Source: Candidatus Moranbacteria bacterium GW2011_GWC2_40_12 (GTDB taxonomy: Bacteria > Patescibacteriota > Minisyncoccia > Moranbacterales > UBA11712). From it: a stretch of 64,000 nt of DNA. This document shows, piece by piece, positions 49,149 through 58,556 of the stretch; position 1 is the stretch's first letter; each line of letters opens with the position of its first letter. Position numbers and translations under genes: made by a program. The DNA is taken from assembly GCA_000995965.1 (NCBI GenBank), contig LBYD01000002.1, positions 270,563-334,562 of the forward strand, written 5' to 3'. The notes beneath the pieces are model-generated. The model was not told where the DNA came from and made no database searches. It saw only the letters and a list, made by a program, of their open reading frames with translations.

Positions 49149-50357
49149 GTGCCGACCTATATCTTCGTGGCGAAAAATTCAAAGGGCGAGATAAAGAGCG
49201 GGGAGATGGAGGGAAAAGACGAGCATCAAGTCGCTGAAAACCTCCGGGGAGAAGGATTTTTTTTGACGGCCATTCATGGAAAAGAAAAGGAAAAAGAATC
49301 AAAATTCAAAATGCCTTCTTTCGGCGGCGTGTCTCTCAAAGACAAAATGATGTTTGCGAGGCATTTGGGAGTTATGCTTTCTTCCGGTCTTTCACTTCCC
49401 AAAGCTCTCACGGTGATATCCAGCCAAACCAAAAACAAGAAATTCAAGACTGTTCTTGAAGAATTGGGAGAGGAAGTAAAAATGGGGAACAGCCTCGCGG
49501 ACAGCCTCGCGAAACATCCGGTTTTTGACGAACTTTCGGTGAATATGATCCGAGTCGGCGAGGTGGGTGGCAATCTGGAAGAAGTATTGAAACTCTTGGC
49601 CGATCAGCTGGAAAAAGAGCATAATCTTTTGAGCCGGGTAAAGGGAGCGATGTATTATCCGTCAGTGATTCTACTGGTGATGCTTGGAGTCGGAATTGCC
49701 ATGATGACCTTCGTTGTTCCGAAACTCACCACAATTTTTGAGGACATTCAAACTCCGCTTCCCCTGACGACGCGCATCATCATCTCCGTCAGTGATTATA
49801 TGGCCTCCCATCAAATAATTGTCGGGCTGGCTCTTGTCGGAACAGTGGCAGTGCTGATTGTATTTTTCAAATCATCTTTTGGGAAGAAAACGGCCAGCAC
49901 TATATTCGCGAAAGCGCCTGTGATCAAAAAAATGATGATCAAGATCAACAACGCCCGTTTCGCGAGAATCTACAGTTCGCTCACAAAAAGCGGCGTGTCC
50001 GTGGTAGAATCTCTGAAAATTATTTCCCGGACACTGACGAATGATTATTATCAAAAAGCCTTTCTTGAAATTGGTGAAGGGGTCCAGAAAGGAAAGACGC
50101 TCCATGAAGAACTTTCAAAATTTCCCAAACTTTTCCCTATTCTCACAATCCAGATGGTGGAAGTGGGCGAGGAAACCGGAAAAACCGCTGATGTCTTGAC
50201 GAATCTTGCCGATTTTTATGAAGAAGAGATAAACCAGATTACGAAGAACTTATCTTCAATCATCGAACCGGTTCTCATGGTAATGATTGGCGTGGCGGTT
50301 GGTTTTTTCGCCATCTCTATGATCTTGCCTATGTATTCGATCATGGACCAAATGTAG
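49149..50357 (+). CDS. pilC: Type IV pilus inner-membrane platform protein PilC / GspF family
   Basis: 402 aa, two GspF repeats, 3 TM regions. Confidence 0.9.
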   Translation: MPTYIFVAKNSKGEIKSGEMEGKDEHQVAENLRGEGFFLTAIHGKEKEKESKFKMPSFGGVSLKDKMMFARHLGVMLSSGLSLPKALTVISSQTKNKKFKTVLEELGEEVKMGNSLADSLAKHPVFDELSVNMIRVGEVGGNLEEVLKLLADQLEKEHNLLSRVKGAMYYPSVILLVMLGVGIAMMTFVVPKLTTIFEDIQTPLPLTTRIIISVSDYMASHQIIVGLALVGTVAVLIVFFKSSFGKKTASTIFAKAPVIKKMMIKINNARFARIYSSLTKSGVSVVESLKIISRTLTNDYYQKAFLEIGEGVQKGKTLHEELSKFPKLFPILTIQMVEVGEETGKTADVLTNLADFYEEEINQITKNLSSIIEPVLMVMIGVAVGFFAISMILPMYSIMDQM

Positions 50358-50392
50358 TTTATTCCGCGATATTTCCGAAACAAAAATTCAAA

Positions 50393-51784
50393 ATGCAAAA
50401 ATCAAAATTCAAAATTGAGGTACCGCATAGAGATACCAAATATGATAAAAAAGGATTTTCGATTCTTGAGGTCGTTGCCGCCACCTTTATTTTTTCGATT
50501 GTCACGATTACGATTTATGGATCTTTTTCGGCAGGAATGAAATCCCTGGCCCAATCCAAGCATCGCATAGCGGCGACTAAATTGGCCAATGAAAAAATGG
50601 AAATCATCCGCAATATGCCGTATAGCGATGTCGGAACCCAGGGAGGCGTTCCTGAAGGGTCGCTAATTCAGGAAGAAACAATTTGGAGAAGCAACCAGAA
50701 ATTTAATGTACGGACAAATGTTATATATGTTGATGACGTTCTCGACGGTGTAGCGGGAGGAACCCCCAATGACACGGTTTCAAGAGATTACAAGGAAGCG
50801 AGAATTGAAGTCACTTGGGGAGAAGTCAGCTGGGGAAAAGGAGTGGTTCTGGTTTCGCGTTTTGTTCCAGATGGAGTCGAAAGCGAGAGCGGGGGAGGCA
50901 CTTTCGTTTTGAATGTCATTGACAGCACGGGGCAAGGAATTTCAGGAGCTGATGTCCATATCGAAAATAGCGAAGTTGACCCGCAAGTCGATACCGCCAT
51001 GGAAACCGATTCAACTGGAAGCATTCTGTTGGCTGGAATGCCGGCAGGGGACCGGAATTATAAAATCAGCGTTTCCAAAGAATTCTTTGAAAATATTTCC
51101 ACTTTGCCTCCTTTTCCCGCGACGGCCTATGACCCAACGGACATCCATGGATCAGTCGAAGAAGGAGGTTTGAGCAGTAAAACAATCATTTCTGACCAGA
51201 CAGGAACAGTGGGTATCACCTCCGAAGATCTGAACAGCAATCTGGTCCCGGAAATGGATTTTCACCTGGAAGGCGGCAGGATTATCGGGACAACAAGAGA
51301 AGCACCGTCACAGCCTGTTTTCGAGTGCGATCAGGATTTTGCGACGGATGGAAGCGGTGGTCTCACTTTGGAAAATATGTCGCCAGGCAACTATACGGTG
51401 GACTTTGCTGAAAGCGGCTATACGCTAATTGGCACCGAAGCACCGCTGCTTCATTTTTCTCTCGCTCCGGCACAAAGCATCAATGTGACACTGCTTGTCG
51501 TGAGCAGCAGTATCAATTCTCTCATTGCAAGCGTCAAAAATCCGACTACTGACGAACCAATAAAGGGAGCCAGCGTGCATGTTTTCAACGGAACAGACTT
51601 TGATCAGATTCTCACTACGGGAGATTCAGGGAGAGTATATTTCCCGCCAAATTTGGATCCGCCGGTAACAATGAGTTCGAGCACATATAGCGTTGAGGTA
51701 GCTGCCGATGGTTTTGAAAATTATTTCGGATCGGTTGACGTGAATCAGCTCACGCAAACCACAATTGAACTGGTTTCGCTGTGA
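50393..51784 (+). CDS. Large type IV (pseudo)pilin with prepilin N-terminus
   Basis: Class-III signal 'KKG|FSILEVVAATFIFSIV' (Gly-1, Glu+5); ~440-aa beta-rich C-terminal region. Confidence 0.8.
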   Translation: MQKSKFKIEVPHRDTKYDKKGFSILEVVAATFIFSIVTITIYGSFSAGMKSLAQSKHRIAATKLANEKMEIIRNMPYSDVGTQGGVPEGSLIQEETIWRSNQKFNVRTNVIYVDDVLDGVAGGTPNDTVSRDYKEARIEVTWGEVSWGKGVVLVSRFVPDGVESESGGGTFVLNVIDSTGQGISGADVHIENSEVDPQVDTAMETDSTGSILLAGMPAGDRNYKISVSKEFFENISTLPPFPATAYDPTDIHGSVEEGGLSSKTIISDQTGTVGITSEDLNSNLVPEMDFHLEGGRIIGTTREAPSQPVFECDQDFATDGSGGLTLENMSPGNYTVDFAESGYTLIGTEAPLLHFSLAPAQSINVTLLVVSSSINSLIASVKNPTTDEPIKGASVHVFNGTDFDQILTTGDSGRVYFPPNLDPPVTMSSSTYSVEVAADGFENYFGSVDVNQLTQTTIELVSL

Positions 51785-52434
51785 ATTTGAAAATAAATGG
51801 TTATTTCACTAAGATGAAACATAGTAAGGAAAAAGGGATGACACTTGTTGAAATGCTGATTGCGATTTTTATTTTCATGTTGTTGATGTTTGGGTCGACA
51901 TATCTTCTGGGCCAAATATATAAGCGCTACGGATTTGCCATAGAGCAAGGGCTGTCAATCCGTGCTGTGCAGCATAGTTTAGGGAGCGTACTCGAAGAGA
52001 TGAGGGGAATCAGGCAGTCTGATGCTGGGTCATATCCAATTGAGGAAGCCAATGCTTTCAGCTTCGCAGCCTTTTCCGATGCCGACAATGACGGAGTGAC
52101 GGAAAAAGTCCATTATTTTTTTGAAAATGGAGAAATAAAAAAAGGAGTTTCCGAACCCAGCGGAACTCCTCCTGCATATCCAGTCGGTGATGAATTGGTC
52201 TCCACCATTTCTGAAAATGTGGTCAACACCGCGGAACAGCCACTATTTTATTATTTTAATTCGGATTACCCGATAGATCTCGTGAATAATCCACTCGCGG
52301 TTCCCGTTTCTCCGGTCAGCGATATAAGATTGGTTAAAATCGACATATATTACAACCTTGATCCACTGCGCGCACCTGATAACATTCGACTAGAATCATT
52401 CGTGGAGCTTAGAAATTTAAAAGATAACTGGTGA
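51781..52434 (+). CDS. Prepilin-type N-terminal cleavage/methylation domain protein (minor pilin); start likely 51814
   Basis: 'KG|MTLVEMLIAIFIFMLL' prepilin motif with Glu+5. Confidence 0.8.
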   Translation: MNLKINGYFTKMKHSKEKGMTLVEMLIAIFIFMLLMFGSTYLLGQIYKRYGFAIEQGLSIRAVQHSLGSVLEEMRGIRQSDAGSYPIEEANAFSFAAFSDADNDGVTEKVHYFFENGEIKKGVSEPSGTPPAYPVGDELVSTISENVVNTAEQPLFYYFNSDYPIDLVNNPLAVPVSPVSDIRLVKIDIYYNLDPLRAPDNIRLESFVELRNLKDNW

Positions 52435-53981
52435 ACATGAAAAGCCGAAAATATCTGCCAAAGGCGGAAACAATCAAAAATAAAAAGTATAGACGCAAGG
52501 GCTCTGTTCTTATTTTCATTGTCGTTATTTCCGCTGTCGGAGCCACAGTACTCCTGGGGCTGGTCACTTTTGTGGCGTCCCAGGATAAAAATAGCAGAAG
52601 AGAGAGCGCCAAAGAGCAGTCATTTGGAGTGGCAGAAGAGGGAATATACTGGTACCGATGGTATTTGGCTCATATGATCGAAGGGAAAACAGCTCGAGAA
52701 GTGGACGAGTTTTGGACAAGCGGCAATCCGATCGGCGTGACAATTCCTTATGAAGTTGAAGTACGCGATCCTTCCGGCGGAGCACTTGGAAAATACAAGC
52801 TTGAAATCACGCCCCCGCCAACCGGATCCTCCATCATCATCGCGAAATCAACCGGTTGGACTTATAAGCAACCAAATGTCAAAAGAGTGATCCAGGTCCG
52901 CTTCAGAAAACCGGCTTGGTGCGAATATGTGGTTTTAGGAAACAGCGATATTCGTTTTGGGGCGGGAACAGAAGTATACGGGATGATTCACTCGAATGGC
53001 GGCGTGCAGTTTGACGGCGTAGCTCACCATCTGGTGACGGCTCTTCCGGAAGAATATTGGAGCAACGATAACGATGTGAAAGGTTGGCACGACGGAGTTT
53101 GGACAAATAATCCTCCCGAATCGGAAAGATTTCTGGCGGGGAGACAATTTCCTGTTGCGGAAAAAAGCTTCAATTCGGTGATAGCTAACCTGAATTTAGC
53201 CAAAGATTATTCTCAACCAGGAGAAGGCGGCCTTTATCTTGGCCAGGACAAGGTTGATCAAGAATATTGCGATTGGGTGAGAGTGGGGAACAGAAGAGTC
53301 TGGACTTGCTGGACGGAAAACAAAAAAGTGAGAGGTTATCACATTGTCTTCAATCCTGTTTCCGGAGAAGGAAACGACACGATGTCAATTTCAATGGTGG
53401 TTGACTATGGATCCAACAGTTATAAAATAGAAGAAGAAACGCCAGCCGTAATATATAATATTCCCGAAAACGGGCTCATTTTTGTCGAGAACAATACTTG
53501 GGTAGAAGGACAAATTGACAATGAGCATCTCACTGTTGTGGCGGCGGATTTGACAGAAGCAGAAGGGGAGCCGGAACCACCCGGCCATGACAAGGATATT
53601 TATATTAATAACGATATCCTGTACACTAACAAAGACGGCCGGGACATTTTAGGGCTTTTAGCGCAAGATAACGTCACAGTCGGCCTCTATAGCGACGATA
53701 ATCTTGAAATAGACGCCGCGGTTTTAGCGCGGCGCGGACGGGTAGGAAGGGATTATTACAACGATCACGAGCCAGCCTATTATAAGCGAGACACGATTAC
53801 CATATTTGGCGCGATCGTGACCAACGGCCGCTATGGTTTTTCCTGGCTTGATATTGCCGGGAATTGGGTTTCCGGCTACGAAACCCGCAACATCGTATTT
53901 GACAACAATCTTCTCTATTATCCGCCACCCTTTTTTCCGACCGGTGACAAATACCAAATTGATCTGTGGGAAGAATTGTGA
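52431..53981 (+). CDS. PilX-like pilus assembly protein (N-terminal TM, no Glu+5)
   Basis: 'RKGSVLIFIVVISAVGATVLLGL' PilX-like N-terminal hydrophobic segment; 516 aa. Confidence 0.55.
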   Translation: MNMKSRKYLPKAETIKNKKYRRKGSVLIFIVVISAVGATVLLGLVTFVASQDKNSRRESAKEQSFGVAEEGIYWYRWYLAHMIEGKTAREVDEFWTSGNPIGVTIPYEVEVRDPSGGALGKYKLEITPPPTGSSIIIAKSTGWTYKQPNVKRVIQVRFRKPAWCEYVVLGNSDIRFGAGTEVYGMIHSNGGVQFDGVAHHLVTALPEEYWSNDNDVKGWHDGVWTNNPPESERFLAGRQFPVAEKSFNSVIANLNLAKDYSQPGEGGLYLGQDKVDQEYCDWVRVGNRRVWTCWTENKKVRGYHIVFNPVSGEGNDTMSISMVVDYGSNSYKIEEETPAVIYNIPENGLIFVENNTWVEGQIDNEHLTVVAADLTEAEGEPEPPGHDKDIYINNDILYTNKDGRDILGLLAQDNVTVGLYSDDNLEIDAAVLARRGRVGRDYYNDHEPAYYKRDTITIFGAIVTNGRYGFSWLDIAGNWVSGYETRNIVFDNNLLYYPPPFFPTGDKYQIDLWEEL

Positions 53982-54032
53982 GATCTCTTCAAATTGCGAT
54001 TCTCTTATGAATATTCGAATAAATAGAATAAT

Positions 54033-55112
54033 ATGAGTTTGTTTATCTATAACTTATTGGGGAAAAAGCCGAAGGGGTTCGGGCTCGAAATCGAAGACCG
54101 ATCGCTCAAGGCTTTTATGTTTGAAAAAAGAAGAAGAGGAACATGCCGGATCTTGTCCTGCGGAATGAAAAATCTCAAGAAAGGAATCATACAAGGCGGC
54201 CAAGTTATTGATGCCGAAGTCCTTGCCTTTGAAATCAAAGAACTGTTGAAATCGACCAAACCCTATCCGATAAGAAGCTATTCGGTTGTTTTTTCTGTTC
54301 CGGAAAACAAGGCATTTATCAGAACAATCACGATACCAAAAATGGAAAGAGATGAAGCCGGAGAGGCCATCAAGTGGGAAACTGAGGCCAATATTCCCAT
54401 TGCCGTGGACCGGGTTTATCTTGATTGGCAGGTGATCGAAGAGCTTGCCGATAAAAATGAAATCCTTGTTACGGCTGTTCCCAAGGAAATAATAGACAAA
54501 TATAGCGAGGCAATGAAATTGGCCGGCCTTGATATTTTGGCGGTTGAAGTGGACATCATCGCGACTGTCCGGAGTTTAACTGGGGGAAAGGATTTTTCAG
54601 AAAAGCCGGTCGCCATTGTGGATTTGGGAGAAAGCATAACGAGTCTGGCTATTTCAAAGAACCAGGTTCCTTATTTTACTTCCAGTATTCCCGTGGGAGG
54701 GATCACCTTCACAGATGCGCTTCAAAAAGGTTTGGGCGTAAGCTATGAAAAGGCGGAAGAGCTGAAGCTCAAATACGGACTTGGAAAAATGAAGGAAGAT
54801 GACATATTTTACAAAATATATAATCCGATAATCGAGAATCTTGTCGCAGAAATAGAAAAGTCAGTCAAATTTTATGAAGATTCGATCAATGCCAAAGAAA
54901 AAGTTGAAAAGATAATTCTTTCCGGGGGAGGATCGCTTTTGCACGATATTGTCGACTATCTTTCCTTGCGTGTGAAAAAAGAAGTGATTATAGGAGATGC
55001 TGTTTGGGGTCTTGGACTTCCTAAAGATTTTCCTGAAGAAATAAAAAGAAGCCTAATTCCTTTTTCCACGGCTATTGGCCTGGCTGAAAGGGCATCAAAC
55101 TGCGATGATTAA
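54033..55112 (+). CDS. pilM: Type IV pilus assembly protein PilM (actin-like ATPase fold)
   Basis: Length and motifs 'VAIVDLGESITSLAI', 'IILSGGGS' typical of PilM/FtsA-like. Confidence 0.85.
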   Translation: MSLFIYNLLGKKPKGFGLEIEDRSLKAFMFEKRRRGTCRILSCGMKNLKKGIIQGGQVIDAEVLAFEIKELLKSTKPYPIRSYSVVFSVPENKAFIRTITIPKMERDEAGEAIKWETEANIPIAVDRVYLDWQVIEELADKNEILVTAVPKEIIDKYSEAMKLAGLDILAVEVDIIATVRSLTGGKDFSEKPVAIVDLGESITSLAISKNQVPYFTSSIPVGGITFTDALQKGLGVSYEKAEELKLKYGLGKMKEDDIFYKIYNPIIENLVAEIEKSVKFYEDSINAKEKVEKIILSGGGSLLHDIVDYLSLRVKKEVIIGDAVWGLGLPKDFPEEIKRSLIPFSTAIGLAERASNCDD

Positions 55113-55650
55113 GATAAACCTTCTTTCCGACCAAGAAAAAAATGAAAGGCTAGTCGACAAAAAAGTGGGAACCATTGTCCGGCTTGGCCTTTCCATTTTT
55201 TTTGCCTTGATCATCTTGGCTTCAGTGATGTTTTCCGCGCTGGTCATTCTGGAAATAAATCTCAAGTCAGTCAGAGAAGAAACAAAGACCTATTCCGTGG
55301 GATCCGTCAAGAAAATAGAAGAAACAGAGCAACTATTGAAGGATGTCGAATCGGTATCGCAAAAAATAGCAAAAAATTCGCAAAATGTCCCCTACTGGGG
55401 AAAAATCCTTGAAACCATTTCAACTATTTCTCCTGACGGAGTGAAAATAACGAATGTTCATATTGAAAAAGAACATGTGAAACTGTCAGGATTTTCCGAA
55501 ACTCGGGAAGGATTTCTGGCTTTCCAAGAAGGCCTGAAGAAAGATTATTTCACGAATTTCAGCTCTCCCATTTCGAATCTTGTTTCACCGAAAGATTTTT
55601 CTTTTATGGTGGAGTTTGATGTTGAAAAAAATTATCTTAATCGGATATAA
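55075..55650 (+). CDS. pilN: PilN-like fimbrial assembly protein
   Basis: 'INLLSDQEKNER' + single TM; position after pilM. Confidence 0.7.
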   Translation: MAWLKGHQTAMIKINLLSDQEKNERLVDKKVGTIVRLGLSIFFALIILASVMFSALVILEINLKSVREETKTYSVGSVKKIEETEQLLKDVESVSQKIAKNSQNVPYWGKILETISTISPDGVKITNVHIEKEHVKLSGFSETREGFLAFQEGLKKDYFTNFSSPISNLVSPKDFSFMVEFDVEKNYLNRI

Positions 55651-55655
55651 CTTTT

Positions 55656-56378
55656 ATGCCGGCGAAAAAAGACAAGAAAATAATTGTAGCGGTTCTGGTG
55701 ACAGCTCTCACCGTTTTGATTTTGTCCTGGCTGGTGATTTATCTTTTGGGGAACAAGGTAAGACAATCTTTTGAAAACTACCAGAAAGAAAAACTCAACT
55801 CCCTGGTCCTTGAGGAAAAAAGAAATAAGATTTTGCAGCTGGAAAGGGAATTGCCCGGGCTCAAGGAGGAAAGGAACAGCTTGGATTCGATGCTTATCAA
55901 AAAAGACGCGGCTGTTTCTTTTTTGAGAGCTTTGGAAGAAGCCGCCGCGAACGCGTCCTGCCAGATAAAAGTGGAACCTGCCGATATCAGCAAAATAAAG
56001 TTTGAAAAAAAGGCTGCCGGCGCGACAAAAAAGCCAGAAACCGACGATCTGGATACAGCCCAAAAAGATGATCAGGAAAAAGTCCCCGGAGAAAAAAACA
56101 AAAAAGAAGACGAATTGGCCTCACTCAAGGATTATCCCGCTTTTTCTGTTGAAATTACGGGACGCTTTGCCTCGATAGTAGATTTTTTCGAGAAATTCGA
56201 AAATATGCCCTACTTCATCCGGCCGCTTGTCGTGGATATTTCTTCGGGTGAAAGAAATAGTTCAACAGCAGTAAGCGCGGGAGCACTCTCGGCGGGGAAT
56301 CAAATTTCCCCGGAAAATGAAAATTCGGATGAAAAAAATATCAAAATGAAAATGACCTTTGTCATCTATGGGAGCTGA
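55656..56378 (+). CDS. PilO-like protein (TM + coiled coil)
   Basis: Position/architecture in pilMNO block; N-terminal TM, coiled-coil segment. Confidence 0.5.
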   Translation: MPAKKDKKIIVAVLVTALTVLILSWLVIYLLGNKVRQSFENYQKEKLNSLVLEEKRNKILQLERELPGLKEERNSLDSMLIKKDAAVSFLRALEEAAANASCQIKVEPADISKIKFEKKAAGATKKPETDDLDTAQKDDQEKVPGEKNKKEDELASLKDYPAFSVEITGRFASIVDFFEKFENMPYFIRPLVVDISSGERNSSTAVSAGALSAGNQISPENENSDEKNIKMKMTFVIYGS

Positions 56379-56688
56379 AAATAAAATAAAAAGCGAAAAA
56401 ATATCCAGAGTAAACAGGGCGTTTCAGAGAGGCTTCAGCTTTTTTTTGCGCTGGTTCTATTTATTGATAATTGTCATCGCTTCGGCGTATGCCGTGTTGA
56501 TTTGGAAAAAATATATTCTGAACGCCGAGTGGAGCGAAGAAAAGAAAAAAGCCTATATCAGCGAGCAGTCGGTTTTGCAGTTCGATGAGGAAAAATATAA
56601 AAAAGCGCTCGAGATCATGAACAGCCGGCGGGAAAAATTGAAAAACGGAAAAAAATATTTTGGCCGGGATATCTTCTTTCCTGAATAA
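56359..56688 (+). CDS. Hypothetical small membrane protein
   Basis: TM 'FFLRWFYLLIIVIASAYAVLIW'; overlaps pilO-like stop. Confidence 0.4.
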   Translation: MSSMGAENKIKSEKISRVNRAFQRGFSFFLRWFYLLIIVIASAYAVLIWKKYILNAEWSEEKKKAYISEQSVLQFDEEKYKKALEIMNSRREKLKNGKKYFGRDIFFPE

Positions 56689-56771
56689 TCATAATTACTC
56701 AACTTTCCATGAAAGATCGGATTTGGCGCATATTGACCTTTTGGGTTTTTTTTATTATGATATTATAATTT

Positions 56772-56845
56772 GCGCCCTTAGCTCAATCGGATAGAGCGTC
56801 TGGCTTCGGACCAGAAGGCTCCAGGTTCGAGTCCTGGAGGGCGCA
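56772..56845 (+). tRNA. tRNA-Arg (anticodon UCG)
   Basis: Acceptor GCGCCCT/AGGGCGC, anticodon stem TCTGG/CCAGA loop CTTCGGA, T-arm CCAGG-TTCGAGT-CCTGG. Confidence 0.8.
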
Positions 56846-56899
56846 CAAAAAAATCGAGGGTTGATCCCTTGATTTTTGGTTGGCATTTTTATTCGGTTC

Positions 56900-58024
56900 T
56901 CAGGAAATTGGGAGCGTAATCGTGAAAGTGGTTCCCCGGTTTTCTTCGCTTTCGAGGGTGATCGTTCCTCCGTGCTTTTCAATGATGTTTTTGGCAACAT
57001 AAAGCCCGAGGCCCGATCCGGAAGTCTCAAAGCCAATCGCGTTTTTAGAGCGATAAAATTTTGAAAATATTTTATCCATGTCTTTCTTGGGAATTCCAAT
57101 TCCCGTGTCGGATATTTTAAACTGTATGTCTTTTTCCCTTCGGAAAGATTTGAGACTGATTTTCCCTCCCGGCGGAGTGTATTTCACCGCGTTGGCAAGG
57201 ATATTGTCGAAAACAATGGACAGCCGCTCCTTGTCAAATTTGAATGAAAAAGAAGAAGAAAGAGGCATATCAATGTCCATTTTTATTTTCTTTTCTTTTA
57301 TCGTTGGATTGTGCTGATTGATTATTTCATCGATAATTGGCCCGATAGCCTGGACAGTGAAATTGAAGCCGGTTTTTCCCTCTTCGAGGCGGGCGGTATT
57401 CAAAAGATCATTAATGACGCTTATGGCGTAGTCAATCGTTTCCAATCCCTTCTCGACGATTTCCTTTTGAACGCCATTCAGCGATCCGGTATCTTTTTCA
57501 AGAAGAGTTGTATATGACCATTTTATTCCTGTTAGGGGCGTTCGGAGCTGGTGAGCAGCGACGGAGACAAATTCAGATTTCACATTGTCAACTTCCTGGA
57601 GGCTTTTATTGGCTTGGGTGAGTTCCCTCTCTCTCTCAAAAAGTTTTTTTGTGGTTTCCATGAAATCCTGGTTTGTTTTTTGCAATTTTTTGTTTATTTC
57701 TTCCAAGTCTCTTTCCCGCTGGCTGGATTTGTTGCTGGGGATGACAGTCGTATGTTTCTCCCAGCTTTTTTCCATTTCAGATTGGCGCTCCTGGATTCTT
57801 TTTGCGAATCTCCAATTCTGGAGGATTAAAAAAAAGCCCGCGAGCAGGCTCAATATTGCGGCGGCCGAAAGGGCCAGATATTTTTGTCCGAAATTCGGAG
57901 AAAAAAGAAACCAGACGAGATTGATTGAAATGAAACCCAAAAATAAAATAAAAAAATTAAACCAGCCGAATCCGGCAACGTTTGAACTGAGATTATTTTC
58001 TTCCGTTTTTATTTCCTCATTCAT
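56900..58024 (-). CDS. Sensor histidine kinase (two TM + HisKA + HATPase_c)
   Basis: 'VSVAAHQLRTPLTGIKW' H-box; 'GSGLGLYVAKNIIEKHGGTITLESEENRGTTF'. Confidence 0.85.
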   Translation of the reverse strand: MNEEIKTEENNLSSNVAGFGWFNFFILFLGFISINLVWFLFSPNFGQKYLALSAAAILSLLAGFFLILQNWRFAKRIQERQSEMEKSWEKHTTVIPSNKSSQRERDLEEINKKLQKTNQDFMETTKKLFERERELTQANKSLQEVDNVKSEFVSVAAHQLRTPLTGIKWSYTTLLEKDTGSLNGVQKEIVEKGLETIDYAISVINDLLNTARLEEGKTGFNFTVQAIGPIIDEIINQHNPTIKEKKIKMDIDMPLSSSFSFKFDKERLSIVFDNILANAVKYTPPGGKISLKSFRREKDIQFKISDTGIGIPKKDMDKIFSKFYRSKNAIGFETSGSGLGLYVAKNIIEKHGGTITLESEENRGTTFTITLPIS

Positions 58025-58413
58025 TTTTTCAGGACGGATTTCACTTTTTCGACTATCTCCGCCGGAGCGGTGTTGGCTTTCACGATATAATCAATTGCTC
58101 CCGCCTGGAGTCCTCGCTCAACTTCTTCAGGCTGGCCCAAATTAGACGTGATTATCACGGGGATATCTTTATATCCAGGGTCTTTTTTGATGTTGCCAAG
58201 CAAAACAATTCCGTCCGTCCCGGGAAGGATTATATCAAGAAGAATAAGGTCAATCTTGTTCTTTTTGAGTGTTTCAAGAGCGGCCTCGGCATTTGTCGCA
58301 TTGAAAATCCCGTAGTTTTCCTGGGAGAATTTTCTCTGAAGAAGTCCGCTGATAAAGGCGTCGTCTTCGACAATAAGAATATATCCTGCTTTATTTTGAT
58401 CCTTGTTTTCCAT
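58021..58413 (-). CDS. Single-domain response regulator receiver
   Basis: 'YILIVEDDAFISGLL', 'LILLDIILPGTDG'; 4-nt overlap with kinase gene. Confidence 0.85.
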   Translation of the reverse strand: MENKDQNKAGYILIVEDDAFISGLLQRKFSQENYGIFNATNAEAALETLKKNKIDLILLDIILPGTDGIVLLGNIKKDPGYKDIPVIITSNLGQPEEVERGLQAGAIDYIVKANTAPAEIVEKVKSVLKK

Positions 58414-58556
58414 GTTTTTTATTGAGTTTATTATTTCTGCTTATAATTCTATATTTATCCTGCGATAAGGTCAAATTTTCCCGGGAGTATGTCCTGAAAA
58501 GAAAAAGCCGCCCTCTCTTGCGGGAAGGCGGGTGGTTTGGCAAGGCAGGCCCTTTA

